A DNA stretch of 64,000 bases, taken from Patellaria atrata CBS 101060. Its lineage: Eukaryota. This document shows positions 63,385 through 64,000 of the stretch, piece after piece. Below the pieces are notes generated by a model, which did no database searches, was not told the origin of the DNA, and saw only the letters and a list, made by a program, of their open reading frames with translations. Position 1 is the first letter of the stretch. Each line of letters starts with the position of its first letter. Location: positions 2,095,561-2,159,560 of the forward strand of contig MU006089.1 in assembly GCA_010093705.1 (NCBI GenBank), in the 5' to 3' direction. Both the position numbers and the translations under genes were made by a program.

Positions 63385-64000
63385 CTTTCGAGTACTCAGA
63401 TGGCTAGTTCCTGGCGAGGATAATTGCTTTTGATCAATTTAGAACCCGTGCGATGAGCTGTATAATCAAGAGGATGGTATAGGCCTGAGGTTGCGAGATC
63501 ATGCTCCAAGGTAGGAGGTGCATATGCGGCAGCTTGTATTCGTCCATTAGCGAGCATAGAGGCTGTATAACAGTCGATAAGCTAACGAGTGGTATTTATC
63601 GATAAGGGCAAGTGGCTGTGATAGTGAGAAGGCTTATATCTAGGCTGCTAACACGTTGAGAGAGGTGGTTAGGTGGAGCCTGATTAGAGTCGGGAACAAT
63701 CATAAGTTGGACCCGAAAATAGCCAAACACCATCTTCCACGGTACTCTAATCCATGGATCACTTTCTAAGAGGGTAACAAAGCTACTTGTTGATAGACGA
63801 CCCATGTTCTTTGGCCTCACCGGACGTTGTAAACTCAACAGGGAACAGTAGATGTTGAACAAGGTCTTTACCAGAGCCCAGCAGGAAATACACACACATG
63901 AGAACGCCTGACCCTATCTGATACCGGACAGCCTGACACAGGAACATTAATATTGTGCCTTTGTTATTGATCAAATTCGGCTTGTTTGCTCAGCCTTACA

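Noticed and set aside
1..64000. Stop-codon readthrough (TGA CTA) to cryptic PTS1 signals; CRISPR arrays; rRNA
   Set aside because: The stop contexts checked lack TGA-CTA, no repeat-spacer arrays or rRNA motifs were seen, and the sequence is eukaryotic.

Overview
This is eukaryotic, intron-containing genomic DNA from a filamentous ascomycete (Pezizomycotina). Introns are short GT-AG with CTRAY branch sites, and there are two N gaps. About 21 protein genes can be assembled by hand: Tom6, NoxR, Ccs1, mitochondrial L13, uricase, Rictor/Ste20, a RING-LON (CrgA/LONRF-like) E3 ligase, Ecm13-like, Arp6, Brl1/Brr6, Vip1, Aar2, Ndc80, seipin, a disrupted secreted Gly/Asn-repeat gene, ETF-QO, an SR splicing factor, a membrane aspartic pseudo-protease, a GPI mucin-like protein, an orphan and an RBR E3 ligase. 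Non-coding or degenerate elements include a degenerate foldback repeat (1-575), a RIP-like-damaged gag remnant (~57.15-58.1 kb) and a (TGAC)n microsatellite. The most interesting signal is the 3' end of the RING-LON ligase. One long terminal intron could give three different C-termini: soluble, CaaX-prenylated (CTVL), or a basic-plus-hydrophobic membrane tail. The SR gene carries a 6-nt micro-exon and a 402-nt intron that looks like an autoregulatory unproductive-splicing module. Gene models and family calls are manual readings, not database results.
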